64,000 bases of DNA, taken from NCBI RefSeq assembly GCF_032444005.1, contig NC_091288.1, positions 217,062,001 through 217,126,000 of the forward strand. The letters run 5' to 3'. This document shows positions 61,106 to 64,000 of the stretch, piece by piece. The notes beneath the pieces were generated by a model. It made no database searches, had not been told where the DNA came from, and worked only from the letters and a program-made list of their open reading frames with translations. This DNA comes from Ranitomeya imitator. Lineage: Eukaryota. The position numbers and the translations under genes were made by a program. Positions within the stretch are counted from its first letter, which is position 1. Every line of letters begins with the position of its first letter.

Positions 61106-61760
61106 TGTCACGGGGCTACCGCGACAGAGAGGTTCCAGAGAACCGCAGTGCTCTTGGCCTCGTTCACACACAGTGAACAGAAGCTCTTCACCTGTATTCT
61201 GACCTGGCTTTGTGCCAGCAGTGCAGGAGTTAACCTTATTGCTGAGTTGCTGAGAGTTGGGTCTCTCTCAGCTGAAGTGGATTTTGTAATCTGATCCTCT
61301 ATATAGACCCAGTCCTGACTTCAGCTATTGTCAGTGATCAGTTCTACTGCCTGGCTTGGAGGTTGAAGGAGAGTAGTGTTGGAGGTTTATTTACAGAGAT
61401 TGGTGTCTGCTGTTTTGGTTGCATGTTAAACCTATTTTCCTTCCTAAGTTTATTCCTTCTCTTCCCTTCTCTGTGTTTCCTCTGTGGTTGTGTGAGCATT
61501 TGGTGAGTTTGAGACTTTTAGTTACCTTGTCTGTATACACTGTTTATTGTTGTATTTATACACTGGTGCAGTCCACCTCCTTTGGGGGGAGAGGGGGCCA
61601 CTGATAGGGCCTGCACAGGAGACAGGGATACGCTGGCGGCTCGGGCCTCCTAACCATCATAGGTACCCCCGAGGTAAGCCAGGGCCCCATTTAAGTGGTA
61701 AGGTCAGGTGCGGGTCCCAGTACGCCGTCCTGCCCCTTTATCACCGTTTACGGCGTGACA
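61106..61760 (+). mobile_element. Solo LTR (655 bp)
   Basis: TGTCACGG...GCGTGACA ends; flanks GATGT and GATAT (5-bp TSD with one mismatch). Confidence 0.8.
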
Positions 61761-62199
61761 GATATGCTGGGTTTGGGTTAATAACATGTGTTGAGGTCAT
61801 GTTCAGGGTTTTTGTTAGGGTCGGAAGCCCCATTAGATAGCTTGATCCAAACTGTGAAACGACGGCCAACCGGATAAATACAAGGAGATTGTTTAATGAT
61901 CTGTTTAGACATGCCACAAAATGTTCTTTATGGGCAGAATGATGGTTAATATGATCATTCTGTGCCCATGCAATATTATCTTTATTGCCCGAACAGCATC
62001 TGATTTAATTGGCGATGTGCTGCCAATAAAGAAGATTTTTACGCCAGAATAAAAATGATCACATCCAACGAACAAGTGTTTCGTTCATCAAGTGATTACA
62101 ATCTTGTTAAGACTGACTGATAGTTGAGAACGAGCCCTGCTATAAATGCTCATTTTCCAATCATAAGTTCTTCCAAATGAGCCACAAGGACTTGTGAAT

Positions 62200-63480
62200 C
62201 GGGTTCAAGTTTTGAGTTAAGATATTGTGCAGATCATGTATCGAGGTTGGGTTCAGGGCTGCTAATAGTGTAATTTTCAAAGCTTGTGTCATGGTCGCAT
62301 TTAGTTCCTTTGTGGAATTATAAAACATATATCGGAGTTAGATTCAAGTCTTGCATTAGGATCAATCAACAGCATATGTTGGGTATGACTTGTGTTAAAT
62401 TTGGCTTCAGGACTCATGTTGGGTTGAGGACTTGTGTTGGGGTCAAATTCAGGTCTTGCATTAGTATTGAGTCCAGATCATGTGTTGGACTTGGATTCAG
62501 GACTTGCGTTGGGGTCAGGATCAGAACGTGTTATGTTGACTGAAGGTATGTCTTGGGGTTAGTGCAAGACATGTTAGGTTTTGGTTCACGGCTTGTTTTG
62601 GGGTTTGGTTGAGGGATTTTTTTAGGGTTAGAGTTACATCTTTCATTAGGATTGAGTCCAGAATGTGTGTTGGGTCCATGTTCAAAGCTTCTGTTTGGTT
62701 TGGGGCTCAAGTCTATGTGTTGGGTCAGTGTGCAGAGATTGTTTTGGGTTGGGGTATAGGGCTTGTGTTCGGTCCAGGTACAGGGCTTGTGTAGGGTCCA
62801 AGTACAAAGCTTGAGTTGAGTCAAGGTACAGGGCTTTCTGTTGGGTCATGTCGCAGGACATTTTTTGGGGGGTTGGGGTACAGGGCTTCTATTGGGTATG
62901 GGTGCAGAGCTTGTGTTGGATCTGGGTACAGGGATTGCGTTGGATCCAGGTACAGGGTTTGTGGTCTGGGTGCAGGGATTGTGTTTGGTCCAGGTGCAGG
63001 GCTTATGTTGGGTCTGGGTGCAGACCTTTTTGCGTCGGTGTGCAGAGCATGTGATGGATGTGGGTACAGAGCATGTTATGGGTCTGGGTACAGGGCTTGT
63101 GTTGGGTCCGGGTGCAGAGCATGTCTTGGGTCTGGGTACAAGGCTTGTGTAGGGTCCGGGTTCAGGGCTTGTGTAGGGTCTGGGTACATGGCTTGAGTTG
63201 AGTCCGGGTTCAGGGCTTGTGTAGGGTCCGGGTACAGGGCTTGTGTTGAGTCTGGGTACACGGCTTGTGTTGGGTCCGAGTGCAGGGATTGTATTGGGTC
63301 CTGGGACAGGACTTGTGTTGGGTCCAGGACAGGGATAGTGTTAGGTCCTGGGACAGGGTTTGCATTGGTTTCAGGTGCAGAGCTTCTGTTGTGTTGGGGC
63401 CCAGGGCTTGTATTAGGTCGGAGTGCAGAACTTGTGTCTGGGTCAGGCTCAAAGCGTGTGGTGTTAGTTTTAAGACATCA
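62200..63480. repeat. 24-bp minisatellite, degenerate toward the left
   Basis: CAGGGCTTGTGTTGGGTCTGGGTA; gives 8-aa periodic pseudo-ORFs. Confidence 0.9.
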
Positions 63481-64000
63481 TGTATTAGGGTGAGTACAGG
63501 ATTATTACTCCTAAAACGTCACCTCCCTGTCACAATGTAGTTGTTTAACAGGAAGAACTAAAAGAGGCATGAGTCCTTTGGTGACCGGATGACAGATTAA
63601 CAAGCTCCTTGAGAACCAATGTGGCTGACAGTGAAACTGTAGTTGACCCAGCTACAAGTACAGAACTTACAAAGCTGAGCTTAGAAACCACAGAGGCGGG
63701 TTAGATACCAGGGGCGTAGATAAGGGGGAAAGGCATTGGGGCGTGTGCCCCGGGTGTTGTGGAGGTGGTGGAGAACAAGCCACCCTACATGGACTGAGGT
63801 ATGTACAGTAGATACAAGGTAAGGTGAACCTCTTGCCCCAGATGAAGTCATAGTCCTGAATAAACCATCAGGAGTCTGCAGCAACTTTTTTTTTAATTTG
63901 TACAATTTTTCACAAAAATGTAAAAATAAGAATTGAAAGGAACAATTAAAAATTACATCCCTCCTCTGATATTTCTAACCTTTTCTTTTACACAATCTTT

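Noticed and set aside
62609-63540. Gly/Cys-rich keratin-associated-like ORFs
   Set aside because: 24-bp minisatellite open in several frames; no splice or start context.

Overview
This is vertebrate genomic DNA, most likely a frog; I infer that from the anuran-type satellites, the intronless TRIM genes and the transposon families present. It is mostly repeats but carries an immune gene cluster on the + strand. Two intronless RING-Bbox-Bbox-coiled-coil-PRY/SPRY TRIM genes lie at 5153-6898 and 14004-15548. A LAT (linker for activation of T cells) gene, invisible in the ORF track, was rebuilt by hand from 12 GT-AG, phase-compatible coding exons (34690-45308, 260 aa). It carries one more YVNV Grb2/Gads-type exon than mammalian LAT, and its PLC-gamma-type motif (GYI|VVLP) is split by a 5.85-kb intron that is mostly satellite. 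A second LAT/LIME/PAG-like first exon (transmembrane segment, CxxC, phase-1 GTAAGT donor) sits at 60693-60783. Mobile DNA includes a degenerate DIRS1, an Ngaro-like element with an SGNH ORF, a CR1, several Tc1 relics (one a fold-back 3'-3' copy), a young Tf1/sushi chromovirus with a self-priming PBS, a Penelope-like element with hammerhead ribozymes and long inverted arms, solo LTRs, MITEs and many minisatellites. All calls were made by eye; no database searches or alignments were run.
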